A stretch of DNA of 64,000 nucleotides from Octopus vulgaris (taxonomy: Eukaryota): assembly GCA_951406725.2 (NCBI GenBank), contig OX597830.1:12090001-12154000 (forward strand), read 5' to 3'. The notes under the pieces are model-generated. The model was not told the DNA's origin. It made no database searches and was given only the letters and a program-made list of their open reading frames with translations. The stretch's first letter is position 1. Every line of letters starts with the position of its first letter. The translations under genes were made by a program, and so were the position numbers. Positions 27,501 through 40,314 of the stretch are shown here, in pieces.

Positions 27501-28164
27501 GTAGGTGACTATTTTACTGAAATTTTTAACTGGAATAATGATAGCTCGTTGCTAAAGGCATGAAACTATAAATTTGCTAGGAGCTTCTAGACTGTCAGAT
27601 GTTTTTTTGTTCTTGATTGAATCCACTTTGCCTGTCTTCTCTGCATACTGTATATCTGTACCTTTCAATATTATTCAATTTTATTTACAGTTCCTATTTA
27701 ATTTTACAATTTTACTTATTTTTTTTTTTAAATGTCATATATCACAACTGAAATATTGAATGAATTCCTTTTCCACAGTTTCCATCACTTACAGCTAAAG
27801 TGTTTTTTATGTCATTTTAAAACAATTTCGAAGTTTTTTTTTCCCTCACAATGATTATGAATGTAATAGCAATCCAGGTATTTAAGTATTGTTTTAAAGA
27901 AAGAATGCTAACCTCACATTCACTTAATGTTTCAGCTAAGTAGAAATCTTATAAGTACCATCTAAAATGCTATCTTTTCCTTTTTGTTTCATAAGGTATC
28001 ATGACCTCACATAATGTATCATAGGATATCTTGTATATATTGTATAGTCAACTATCATATTTATAGTCAGGTAATCAATGAAGTTTCATCAAATATACTG
28101 TCTACTTTATTATTATTACTATTATTAATATTTATTATATTCAAACGTGATCATTACCAGCATC

Positions 28165-28490
28165 ACCTTACTGGCATTTGTGCCAGTAACACGTGAAAAA
28201 CATTTGAGTGAGGTCGTTGCCAGTGCCGCTGGACTGGCTCCTGTGCAGGTGGCACATAAAAAACAGCACTTGAGCGTGGCCGCTGCCAGTACCGCCTGAC
28301 TGGCCCTCATGCCAGTGGCACATAAAAGCACCCACTACACTCTCAGAGTAGTTGGCATTAGGAAGGGCATCCAGTTGTAGAAACTCTGCCAGATCAGATT
28401 GGAGCCTGGTGCTGCCATCTGGTTTGCCAGTCCTCAGTCAAATCGTCCAACCCATGCTAGCATGGAAAGCAGACGTTAAATGATTATTAT
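28165..28490 (+). mobile_element. Family C repeat
   Basis: Same structure as the 23607 copy, with three tandem head units. Confidence 0.85.
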
Positions 28491-29116
28491 TATTAATATT
28501 AGGGTGGTAAGCTATTAAAACCATTAGCATGCCAGACAAAATGTTTAGCAGCATTTCTTCAGTGTTCCAATTTTCTTTAAGGCTGGCTTCTCCTTTCATT
28601 CTTTTGGGATCACTAAATTAGGAACTTGTTGAGCACTAGTGTTGATGTAATTGCTTAGACTCAACCAAAATTTCTGGCCTTGTGCTTATAATAGAAATTA
28701 TTATTATTACTATTGAGTGGAAGAGCAGCACACACCATCAAAATGATGCTGGGGTACAAATATATGAAGCCCAATATACCTACCATGACCACCTGTCTGA
28801 TATACCAAGCACATTCATCACAGCCATCCATGTGCAACATGGTGGTCTCATATCTAGATAAATAAAGCATAACCTCGCAGATGGGGCCCAGTTAGAATTT
28901 ACTTCAAGTCAAGTAGCCCATTGCACTCAAAAGATCCCTAAATAAGGGTTGTTTAAGGATGTTGAACGAAACACCCCTGTTCCCAGAGGTGGATTATTCA
29001 AACCCCAAAGAATTTCTCTCAGCACATGGATATGATGCTTCCTCACTACTTCTGTTCATGATCAGAGATGCACATATCGTCAGCCAATAATTATTATCAT
29101 TATTATCATTATCATT

Positions 29117-29510
29117 GGCGCAGGAGTGGCTGTGTGATAAGTAGCTTGCTTACCAACCACATGGTTCCGGGTTCAGTCCCACTGTGTGGCATCTTGGGCA
29201 AGTGTCTTCTGCTATAGCCTCAGGCCGACCAATGCCTTGTGAGTGGATTTGGTAGACGGAAACTGAAAGAAGCCTGTTGTATATATGTATATATATATAT
29301 GTGTGTGTGTGTATGTTTGTGTGTCTGTGTTTGTCCCCCTAGCATTGCTTGACAACTGATGCTGGTGTGTTTACGTCCCTGTCACTTAGCGGTTTGGCAA
29401 AAAAGACCGATAGAATAAGTCCTGGGGTCGATTTGCTTGACTAAAGGCGGTGCTCCAGCATGGCCACAGTCAAATGACTGAAACTAGTAAAAGAGTAAAG
29501 AGTAAGAGTA
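29117..29510 (+). mobile_element. SINE family A, directly followed by a family B SINE (29510-29720)
   Basis: Near-consensus family A copy with a small internal deletion. Confidence 0.9.
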
Positions 29511-29759
29511 GTGAGCTGGCAGAATCATTAGCACGCTGGATGAAAAGCTTAGTGGCATTTCACCTGTCACTATGTTCTGAGTTCAAATTCTACCAAGGTT
29601 AACTTCGCCTTTCATCCTTTTGGGGTCAATAAATTAAGTACCTGTGAAACACTGAGGCTGACGTAATCAACTGGTCCTCCCCCAACAAAATTTCAGGCCT
29701 TGTGCCTTTAGTAGAAAGAATGCTATATTATTGCTATCATTATATGTTTGACTTTTGCT

Positions 29760-30218
29760 TTGTATTTGTACAAGTTGGCTCCAAGTCTCACCCAGAGACC
29801 TCAAGAAACAACAAGTTAGAAGTTCAAGTTGGTATTATGCCTAGGGTGTCATATATTTGGTTTTGCACATTCTAGAGAATGTTTAAGAAAATTATGTTTG
29901 TTTTAAAATTTGAGATTAAACAGACAGTATTTTACGTAGGATAGGGGCAATTCCCATGAGCACTATCTTTTGAATTTCTGCCATTTTGGAGTTTCCAGGT
30001 ATCTGAGCTAGGTAGGGATCAAACCCTTTTGCTAGCATTCCTAGGGCACCTATGACAACAGGTATTGTTTTAGTCTTGAGGTTCCACATTTTGTCAATTT
30101 CTGTTTCAAGATCTTTATACTTGCTCAGTTTTTGGTAGGTCTTAACAGGTACATTTATGTTGATTGGGACAGCCATATCAATGAGGAAGCATGATTTTTG
30201 TCTGAAGTCTTTCAACAT
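29760..30218 (-). mobile_element. RLE-type (R4/Dong-like) LINE 3' end
   Basis: Open frame CFLIDMAVP...KLSKYKDL..EI.KMWNLKTKTIPVVIGALG...IQKIVLMG...ILRKIL is the typical restriction-like endonuclease C-terminus. Confidence 0.85.
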
Positions 30219-30802
30219 AATGTTTCCCCCACTTCAAAGTAAGCACCGCACACTTCGTAAAAAGGATTATTATTGTTATTATTAAGGCAGCGAGCTGGCA
30301 AAATTGTTAGCACGCTGGACGAAATGCATAGTGGTATTTTGCCTGTCACTACGTTCTGAGCTCAAATTATTATTATCATCATTATTAGTCAGGCATACTT
30401 TTCCACAACTCGTCTCTTTGAATGAGCTGCAAACCTAGATTAAGCATAGACTGAGGAGGGGCACTTGGTACCTCGAGTACCATCAAGCACTCACAGCCCT
30501 CCACGAAGTGAGCAATGCAGTCAGTGGTAGTTCCATTCTAGTGTTCTATAGAAGGCTAATGGAGAGAAAGCGCGATGATGTTCTCGGGGAAGGTGGCTAG
30601 TTGATTACATTGATCCTAGTATTTGAATGGCCCTTTGTTTCATCAGATCCAAAGGGATGGAAGGCAGGTTGACCTGAGCAGCATTTGTATTCTGAATAGG
30701 ATTATATAGAAAGCTGGAACAAATACTGCGAGGCATTTTGTCTAATGTTTTAATGATTCGATCAATCCATTGCCCTCGTGTAAAAAAATAAAACTCCCTT
30801 AA

Positions 30803-31023
30803 CCCTTTCATTACCAACCCGGCTGAAACCGGCTCTGGCTCTGTAGTATAAATGTCTTGGTTTCATAAGTTTTGAATTAAAATCTTCCACCAAACCTTAG
30901 CCACAATTTATGTTCCTGATACTAGCTTAATGATAACTAAGTTATTTTACTAAATTCTTTATTATATTGAAAATAATTAAAAGAAACACAGAGCATCTCA
31001 AAATAAATACAGTAACAAAAGGG
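30803..31023 (+). mobile_element. piggyBac-type MITE with TTAA target-site duplication
   Basis: TTAA-ccctttcattac ... gtaacaaaaggg-TTAA; second copy at 36449-36670. Confidence 0.88.
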
Positions 31024-31596
31024 TTAAGTTTGCATTTCATATAAAATTCTAGATAATAACAGTGTTAATTATTTATAATATCATCACCTTAAATATGAAC
31101 AAAGATATCAGGTCAATAATATATTAGGGAATCTTACTGAAGTTTGTGATATTTAGTATAAATTTTCATCATTTAAATATGTAGAAAAATTAGCTTTACT
31201 GTTGAAATTTGATTTTACCATAGTTATGGATTAACTATAGAGTGAAATATGGTTGATGGAAACTGTATGGAAACCTACTGGAAAGACTGGTCTTGTTCTT
31301 GAGTGGCAAACTTATATTGTTGCCAGATTTAACAGCACCATTGACTTTCAAGTTCCTTTAGCAGAGTACACTTTGTTGAAAGTATTTGAGTCAGGTTTCA
31401 AATCTGAGGGTGATTATTTCCCTGGACATTTACAGACACTTTTCTTCTTCCTTGGACTCGGCTATTATGAAAAAATTAAGAAACTGCTGCAATAAGAAAA
31501 GATTTGAAAATCTTTTTTTAAAAATACTTATTATATGATTAAGTATAATGAGTATAGGCGTGACTGCAGGGAAGATGTTTGCTTCACATACACATA

Positions 31597-32008
31597 GCAG
31601 GAGTGGGTGTGTGGTAAGTAGCTTGCTTACCAACCACATGGTTCCGGGTTCAGTCCCACTGCGTGGCACCTTGGGCAAATGTCTTCTGCTATAGCCTCAG
31701 GCCGAACAAAGCCTTGTGAGTGGATTTGGTAGACGGAAACTGAAAGAAGTCTGTCGTATATATGTATATATATATATGCGTGTATGTGTTGGTGTGTCTG
31801 TGTTTGTCCCCCTAGCATTGCTTGACAACCGATGCTGGTGTGTTTACGTCCCCGTAACTTAGCGGTTTGGCAAAAGAGACCGATAGAATAAGTACTGGGC
31901 TTGCAAAGAATAAGTCCTGGGGTCGAGTTGCTCGATTAAAGGTGGTGCTCCAGCATGGCCGCAGTCAAATGACTGAAACAAGTAAAAGAGTAAAAGAGAG
32001 TAAAGAGT
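31597..32008 (+). mobile_element. SINE family A nested in an older family A head
   Basis: Near-consensus copy. The flanks 31556-31596 and 32009-32055 join into a degenerate family A head. Confidence 0.88.
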
Positions 32009-32722
32009 ATAGCTCTAGGTTTGATCCCTTTGTGCAGCACCTTAGGCAAGTGATTTTTATTAAAGCTTCAGTGAAATTTGGGAGACATTTCTGTGTAAGC
32101 CTATCTATCCATCTATCTGTCAGTCTGTCAGTCTGTCAGTCAGTGGGAGTGAGTGTATGTATCAGCCAGGGATCAGCAGAATCAGTAAATCAAGCCAAAA
32201 TACCTTTTGGTAATTGATTCCATTTAATCCAAGTTGTCTTGGCTCTTTTTCTTATGAGGAGGAGAAAATAGTCATTAAAAGGAAGCAAAGAATAAACAAA
32301 CAAAAAAAAGACTTATGCGTATAAAACATTCTTTGGCCTACTTAGCATTTATGTGATTCTCTGCTTTGCAGTCTCAATCAATAGTCCTTCGTTTAGACAA
32401 ACCTTTGTAGTTGATTTTGCTGTTGCTTTTATGAATATAACGAAGATTATATTCATAATAAAATTCCTATTATGTCTATAAACTGTTGAGCTCATTTGTA
32501 GACAACAAATGACAATCCAAAGGTTTTACTTGATTTGAAATGAAGCTGAAATATTGATATTTAGAATGATTGTTTATCAACTCATTCGGGAAAAGTCGAA
32601 CATTTTAAAACATTTATTGGCATCAAAACACCTAGAATATACTGAACATAGTAATTGCATTTCATGTAAAAAAATTTTGAAAGGTTCTTTATACAAACCC
32701 AACTATTTTCTAGCAATTTTCT

Positions 32723-33126
32723 AGCAGGAGTGGCTGTGTGGTAAGTAGCTTGCTTACCAACCACATGGTTCTGGGTTCAGTCCCACTGCGTGGCATCTTC
32801 GGCAAGTGTCTTCAGCTATAGCCCCGGGGCCGACCAATGCCTTGTGAGTGGATTTGGTAGACGGAAACTGAAAGAAGCCTATCGTATATATGTATATATA
32901 TATATGCACGTGTGTGTTTGTGTGTCTGTGTTTGTCCCCCTAGCATTGCTTGACAACCGATGCTGGTGTGTTTATGTCCCCGTCACTTAGCGGTTCGGAG
33001 ACTGATAGAATAAGTACTGGGCTTACAAAGAATAAGTCCCGGGGTCGATTTGCTCAACTAAAGGCGGTGCTCCAGCATGGCCGCTGTCAAAGGACTGAAA
33101 CAAGTAAAAGAGTAAAAGAGTAAACT
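32723..33126 (+). mobile_element. SINE family A with 21-bp target-site duplication
   Basis: caactattttctagcaatttt occurs at 32700-32720 and 33127-33147. Confidence 0.92.
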
Positions 33127-33489
33127 CAACTATTTTCTAGCAATTTTTATTCTAACAAATAAATTGTTGTCATTATCTTTTCTTGTTTCATCTGGATTTT
33201 GTTTTTTTGGCTGATTGCTGATCTTTACATCTTTTCACAAATATTAATGATGAAATCAATGAAAAATAAGATGAGTGAGCAGAAAAATCATCTTTTTGTA
33301 ACAGTTTGCTGCTGTTTTTCTCTCACTGGAATACTTTTAATTTCTTATTTTAATGAATTTTGTTAACACTTTATGACAAATTTAACAACTCTTCTAGTTT
33401 TTCAGGTCAACAATGGAGTGGCTACCACAGACCCTTTCTTACACTCTCCTACTTATCCTCTAAATTCCTTTTACCTTCCTTTTCTCCAG

Positions 33490-33606
33490 TCCCCTCCTAA
33501 GGGAGCAACCATCCCATACCGTCCAAAACCTGTAATGCCTCCAGTGATATTTGCTGGTGGACAGGCATATACCATTCAAGGACAAGTACCAGTTCCAAGC
33601 CCAGAA
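33490..33606 (+). CDS. PCBP3: PCBP3-like exon, KH2-KH3 linker (SPPKGATIPYRPKPVMPPVIFAGGQAYTIQGQVPVPSPE)
   Basis: Polypyrimidine tract plus ccag acceptor, gtaagt donor, 117 nt, phase 0-0. SPPKGATIPYRPKP and AGGQAYTIQGQ are PCBP3/mub linker motifs. Confidence 0.95.
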
Positions 33607-34153
33607 GTAAGTTTCTTTGTATTATTATTGATATTGCACACAGTCAAACTTATAATTGGGCACTGTTTATTACTATAGATTGCTTTGCAGTACTTAATTT
33701 CACCCCTTTGCACCCTCAATTCAAATAGCTTTTCCTTTCCAAGTTCAACAAAATAAATGCTGAAATTAATGGGGTGCAATTGACCATATCCACACACACA
33801 ATTTAAGGCACTGTGTTAATGTTAGAGATTTTTATTGTTAATTTTGACAAGAGTTTCAGGTGAGTAGATTCTGACTTACTGACATTGCAATTCAAGTTGT
33901 GGTAGCTTGAAACTTCTGAAGAGAACTTGACCATGATAATTGTGTCTCAGACAAGTTTGTGCAATTTACAGTCTATCTGAAGTTTGGTTCTACACTAAAC
34001 ATATTTCTCCATTGAAACCTGTGAAAGTCAAAATACTTTGGGGAAGGAGTTTCTTTCTTTTTTTTTTGTGTGTGTGAGGTTAGTTTTGACATTTCTTGTA
34101 AAATTTTAAAGTTTCTTTTGTTGTGAAAATTTTATGGTAATAAAAAGTACCCT

Positions 34154-34535
34154 CAGTATGAAAAGTCTGGCTGCATTCGAAAAAATATATATTATGAAAC
34201 AAAAATAAACACAAAATTTATTACACGAATCTGTTACCATCACGACAGTCAACTAGTTGACGCCAAACACGAGTTTGATGTTGAATACATCCACGAATTT
34301 TCCGCTCAGATAGCTCTTCCCAAGACTGCAAGACGGCTTCGTCCAATTCATGCATCATTGTAGGGTTTTTCAGTTCAACTTTATCGGCCAAAACTTTGAA
34401 AATGCCTTCATCTAATGGATTCCACGTGTAAACATGTGTTGAATAGAACTCACTGAATAAATCTTAATTAACTGTGTTGTCAATTGTATGCACCTGACAT
34501 ATGCTAACGTGTATGCAGCCAGACTTTTCACACTA
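34154..34535 (-). mobile_element. Internally deleted IS630-Tc1-mariner element with ~23-bp TIRs
   Basis: cagtatgaaaagtctggctgcat is inverted at 34513-34535. The minus strand encodes NPLDEGIFKVLADKV...ELDEAVLQSWEEL...GNRF*, resembling a transposase C-terminus. Confidence 0.75.
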
Positions 34536-35790
34536 TTTATTTAAAATGTGTGGTTGTGTATGTTGCTATATTTTGTTGTGTTGTAAACACAGCATATGTG
34601 CTGTGTGGGTTGTGTTATAATATTAGTAGAAAGTTGGTGGTATGAATTATGTTATTGAATTAAAAATGTCCTGTTTATTTCTACTTTAAAGTCTTTGAAC
34701 TTTGATAGTTCTCTTGTACTTCTTTTTTAGTATTATGTTCATCTATCTAATCACTTTTTAATTAACTATTAGATTATATCTAATTCAAGATCGCCTTCAA
34801 ATAAAGAAATCTTTCCAATGTGTCCTTTATTTAAGGTGGCAGGACATCATTTAAGAGAGATTTGGTTGTACATGCTCTCTCCTTGGATTCATATATAACA
34901 CTTTTAAATATGTTTCTAAATGTTGCTGTTATCCATTTATGTTCAGTATAGCTGCATTCACCTCATGTTCATAGCTACAAGAGTATACTCCCCAGTAGTT
35001 CTTTATACAAGAGCTGGTCTTAATTACAACTGCTGCTCTGTTTTGTCATTGCCAATTTGCATAAAGTAGTGGATTATAATATTTCTTTAACCTAAGGTAG
35101 CAAGCTGGCAGAATTGTTAGCATACTGGGCAAAATGCATAGTGGCATCTCATCTGTCTTTATGTTCTGAGTTCAAATTCTGCTGAGGTCAACTTTGCCTT
35201 TCAGCCATTTGGGGTTACTGAAATAAATACCAGCTGAGAACTGGGGTTGATATAATGGACTTATCCCCTCCCCTGAAATTGTTGGCTTGAGCCAAAATTT
35301 GAAACCATTATTTCTTTAATCTATCTTTATGCAAAAATTAAGAGATATTTACTAAAAAGAAGTGTATACATATTAGCTTTAATTGATAGAGAGCATAATT
35401 TCCTTGGCAGGAAAAATGCTGTTGCATTCATTAATTATTTGACCTAAATTGTAAGTTAAAGTGTGAGATTTGCTTATATTACTTAAGAAGTGAATTTCCA
35501 AAAGTGCTAAAAAGCTCATTAAACATATCTGCACAGTGTCAAAGTACAACATAAGAAATAATATGGGACATAACATATACGTATATTCCAAATATAAACT
35601 TTTTTAAAGGTTTATTAACCAGGATTATATTCATCACTATGTTCCTAATAGAGTCCATTATTATTTCATGCAAAGTAAAATTGTTAGTGAGTCAGACAAA
35701 ATGCATATCTTTCAGCTTTTTACATTCTGAGAGGACAACTTTGTCTTTCAGCCTTTCAAGATCAACAGAATAAGTACCGGTTGAGCATTA

Positions 35791-36096
35791 TATCTATATC
35801 TATCCGCTCAGTCGAAGTCGACTCTCGGTTACTCATTGGATCAGCGTCCTCCAGTCAGTTCTATCCTGGGCCGCTTCTTTCAGATTGGCTATGTCCATGC
35901 CAGTATCACTCTTGATGGTGTCAAGCCAGTGGGTTCTTGGTCGGCTTCTTCCTCTCTTGCCACTGACCATTCTGAGCATGATGTCCTTCTCCAGGGATTT
36001 TCTCTGCATAATATGACTGAAATATGCCAATCTATGCTTGGTGATCCTAGCTTCTAGCGACATTTTCAGCCCTATCTACTTAAGAACTTCTCCATT
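35791..36096 (-). mobile_element. RTE (BovB-like) LINE 3' end with 12-bp TSD, nested in a family B SINE
   Basis: Peptide RLAYFSHIMQRKSLEKDIML..VSGKRGRSRPRTHWLD...AAQDRTDWR; TSD ggttgagcatta at 35779-35790 and 36097-36108. Confidence 0.9.
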
Positions 36097-36211
36097 GGTT
36101 GAGCATTAGGATCAATATAATCAAATATACCCCCTTCTCTAAAATGCTGGCCTTGTACTATAATTTGAAAACCATTATTATTACATGCGAGACATTTTAT
36201 TTTAATTCTAG

Positions 36212-36290
36212 GTCAATAAACTGCATCATCAATTTTCTTTGGGACAGACTGTACCAATTATCCCTGCAGCGTCTCAAACATTGTTACCAG
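36212..36290 (+). CDS. PCBP3: PCBP3-like linker exon (VNKLHHQFSLGQTVPIIPAASQTLLP-G)
   Basis: ttctag acceptor, gtaata donor, 79 nt, phase 0 to 1, which is exactly the phase bridge needed between the flanking exons. KLH resembles PCBP LTKLHQL. Confidence 0.85.
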
Positions 36291-36448
36291 GTAATATTTC
36301 TCAAAATCATTTAATATATTTTAATAAAATAATATATAAATACAATAACAGAATATATTAATATTTCATTAACATATGCCTTTTAAATAACTAATACCTT
36401 GTTGAATAACATATAAACTGTTTTGCTTCACTTATAAATGTATTTTAA

Positions 36449-36670
36449 CCCTTTTGTTACCAACCCGGCTAAAACCGGCTCTGTCTCTGTAGTAAAAATG
36501 TTTTGTTTTCATAAGTTTTGAATTAAAATATTCCACCAAGCCTTAGTCACAATTTACTTTCCTAATACTAGCTGAATGACAACTAAGTTATTTTACTAAA
36601 TTCTTTGTTATATTTAAAATTAATTGAAAGAAACACAGAGCATCTCAAAATAAATACGGTAATGAAAGGG
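36449..36670 (+). mobile_element. piggyBac-type MITE with TTAA TSD
   Basis: TTAA-cccttttgttacc ... ggtaatgaaaggg-TTAA; homologous to 30803-31023. Confidence 0.88.
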
Positions 36671-36876
36671 TTAATAAGTAATGAATTTCATAGAATTCTT
36701 CTCTGCTCAAGAAATTAATTAAAGATGATTCATTTCTTCATGTAATTCATAAATAATTAAACAATGAATGAATTTATTGATATGCATTTGCTTTGTTTCA
36801 TTCTTTTTGTGCCAGTTAATTATAGTTTATTATTTTGTTCATTTTGTTTACTAACCAACTCTTTTTCTTAATACAG

Positions 36877-37036
36877 GACATCTTTCTCTCCCAGGTGTTT
36901 CTCCAGTTTCATTTTCTCGACCAAACAATGCAGCTGCTACAGTACAAAATAGTCAACAAACGACTGAAATGTCAATACCAAATGATTTGATTGGGTGTAT
37001 TATAGGACGTGCTGGACAGAAAATCAATGAAATTAG
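36877..37036 (+). CDS. PCBP3: PCBP3-like exon, KH3 N-terminal half (...QQTTEMSIPNDLIGCIIGRAGQKINEI-R)
   Basis: Branch-point-like ctaac, pyrimidine tract and tacag acceptor; gtatga donor; phase 1 to 2. IPNDLIGCIIGR is the KH3 signature. The exact 5' boundary is uncertain because several in-frame CAGs are present. Confidence 0.9.
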
Positions 37037-37903
37037 GTATGATACTTTGGTATCAGAAAATATGTTTTCTATATTCTCCTTCATCAGTCACTTTGTAATT
37101 AAGAATTTAATTCTTAAATGACTGGAGAGGTTTCTCTCTATAAATATCTCAATCCTGTGAGGAACTAAAGATTTTGACAAAGTAAGGCCTCTCCAGAATA
37201 CAAGCCATAAAAATATAATTATTTCATGAATTCAGAGGAAATTTCCTGATACAGTATAATGACCATTGATGTACATGTTGAATGTGACTTTTATCTCTTG
37301 TCATGTTACTGTCACATGCTAAGTTAGGTCAAATGCAATTCCTTAGATATTGGTTTCCTAATTAAATCACTAATAAATAAATAGTGACAGATATTAATAA
37401 TACCACAAAATACTAACTCACTGCTTAAGGTATTAACTGTTACTGTGCTTGAAAATTAATAGAAAAAATTCGAAGATATTTACATGAATAGTACAGACAA
37501 GAAATCTTTTGACAAGAAGTTCCTTCTGAAATGAGGTTAAACTTTGTTTCTTGCACAGAAGAATTCTTAGTTCTAGTTTTTGATCCCCAAACAACAATAT
37601 TTAACTGGTTTTATGCAGTATAGGATCTGGTCACAGGTGTGTATAATGTCATACAGGACTTTGAGATGTAAAGAAATTCAAAAGTTAGTGATACATTAAA
37701 ATTTTGAAGAAAACGGCAACACAAAATATGTAGAATTCATGTAAAGTGTATTTATTTGACACTGATTTGTCTAAGCAAATCTTATCATCAAAGACTGGAT
37801 ATGTTGAGATTTGTATGTGAATATATACATATATTAAGTGGAATTTCTCAGTATCAATTTAAGAGTGCCATAACTGTTATATTACTGTTATATTGTATAC
37901 TGT

Positions 37904-38256
37904 GAAGGTGCATGGCTCAGTGGTTAGAGCGTCAAGCTTACAATCGTGAAGTTGTGAGTTCGAATCCTGGACCGGGCTGTGTGTTGTGTTCTTGAGCAAG
38001 ACACTTTATTTCACGTTGCTCCTGTTAATTCAGATGTAGAAATGAATTGCGACGTCACGGGTGCCAAGTTGTATCTGCTGCTGTCTTTCCCTTGGATAAC
38101 ACTGGTGGTGTAGAGTGGGAAGGCCGGTATGCATGGGTGACTGCTGGTCTTCCATAAACCACCTTGCCCAGACTTGTGACTAGGAGGGTAACTTTCTAGG
38201 TACAATCCCATGGTCAGTGTCATGACTGAAGAGGGTCCCAACCTGACCGACCGATT
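37904..38256 (+). mobile_element. tRNA-derived SINE (family E) with 11-bp TSD
   Basis: A box tggctcagtggtt, B box gagttcgaatcc; TSD ttgtatactgt at 37893-37903 and 38257-38267. Confidence 0.88.
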
Positions 38257-39200
38257 TTGTATACTGTAATTGAGGAATGTGTGATAACAGCTAGAGCAGC
38301 TTTTATTACACATTTGTATTTCATTTCTACTGCTACTGATTTCCATCGATACTAAACAGATATATCTGTGTTGATATGTTTTCATTTCTTAAAATAATTT
38401 ACACTTTTCATATATTTAAATTTGTTTACAATTGGAGACTTCTTGAACCAGTTCATTCACCATCATCATTTAACATCCACTTTTCCAGACTTGTATGGGT
38501 CTGATGGAATGTGTTGAGGCAGATTTTTCCTATGGATAGATGCCTTTCTTGTTGCCAACCCTCATAAGATAATACTTTACATGGCCAGACATGTTTTCCA
38601 CTGAAGACTGGAAATGAATAACATCACTTGTATGACAGTGATGCTTGTTTACAACCATCACATGATATCAAAACAAGTGTATACACAAACACAAATCTAT
38701 ATATGCCTGCATTCATTCATACACACGCAATGATCTTCACTCAGTTTCTGCTTACCAAATCCTGCTCCTAAACCTTTGATCAGTCTGGAGTTATAGTAGA
38801 AGACAAAGTGGGATTGAACCAGTGACTGCATGGCTGGGGTGCAAGCTTTTCAACCATGTGTGTTTATTATCCTTATTGTCATGTATAATTGCTTTTGGTT
38901 TGTGAATAATATTTACTGTTTATTTGCTATTTTATATAGTGTGTTATCAAGGATATACTACATTCCTTTTTAACAATTGACAAAATTAAACACTGATAAT
39001 TAAGCAAGCTATTTATTTTTCTGGTTTCTATAAAGTATATTTTGATCAAATTGAAGTTATAAATTCATATAAATGTATATAAAACAAGAAAATCAATAAT
39101 ATTGCTTAAGGCTTAATAAATATTTTAATGCAAATAAAAGTCATTTGATACAGAAAAATGGTACCAAATAAAAAAATATATTTCAGCATTCAAATAATAA

Positions 39201-39401
<201 letters not shown>

Positions 39402-39982
39402 TGAGTTATGATTTCTATATCTTTGTTAAATACATGTCTTGTAAGGTTAACTAAAAATATGAATTAGATTGTTAGGAATACTATTTAATATATGAGAAAC
39501 AAAATAAATATTAAAATAATCATAGGTTGGTAGCAAACTTTACTTAGTTTTAAAAACTATTAGTTTGTGAGTAGAAAATAAAAGGAATAGAAAGCACAAT
39601 TGTATTCAAATAGTTTAAGATTCTCTCATAACTAGTTGAAATACCAAAACATTTTCCAGAGTTTCTAAAGTTCTAGTTTATAAGTTATTTCTGTCATGAA
39701 ACATTAAAACCTAGTATGGTGTTTAGTCAAATATTTCTCTAACTATTAAAAATATAGATTTTGTTTAGAGAATAAATATTCTTAGTTTACAGTATATGAA
39801 TGTACATGTGTGAATGTATGTGTGCTGTATGTATGTGTGTATATATATATATATATATATGAGTATATATGTACATATGTATATATATATATAAAAAAAA
39901 ATATATATATATACATACATATATATATTTATATATATATATATATTTATGTATATATATATTTATGTATATATATGTATAC

Positions 39983-40016
<34 letters not shown>

Positions 40017-40240
40017 GTATGTATTTACATATAGTTGTCTAAGAATCTATAAATCAGAAAAAATATACATGCATATATTAGTCAATAGAGTGAATATATT
40101 AATCAAAGTATACAGTATTGTGGATCCATTTCAACTGGTCTTGCCAATCAGTTTTGCATGGGATATTAGATAGCCAGATATTTGATAACTGTGTGGCTAA
40201 GTAATCTTTGAAACTGATTGGTAAGGTCAGTAATACTGTA

Positions 40241-40314
<74 letters not shown>

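Noticed and set aside
33373-33678. 101-aa ORF as a stand-alone gene
   Set aside because: It is a PCBP exon plus open flanking intron sequence.
37904-37980. Possible tRNA gene
   Set aside because: A/B boxes are present, but there is no proper acceptor stem and the sequence continues into a SINE body bounded by a TSD.
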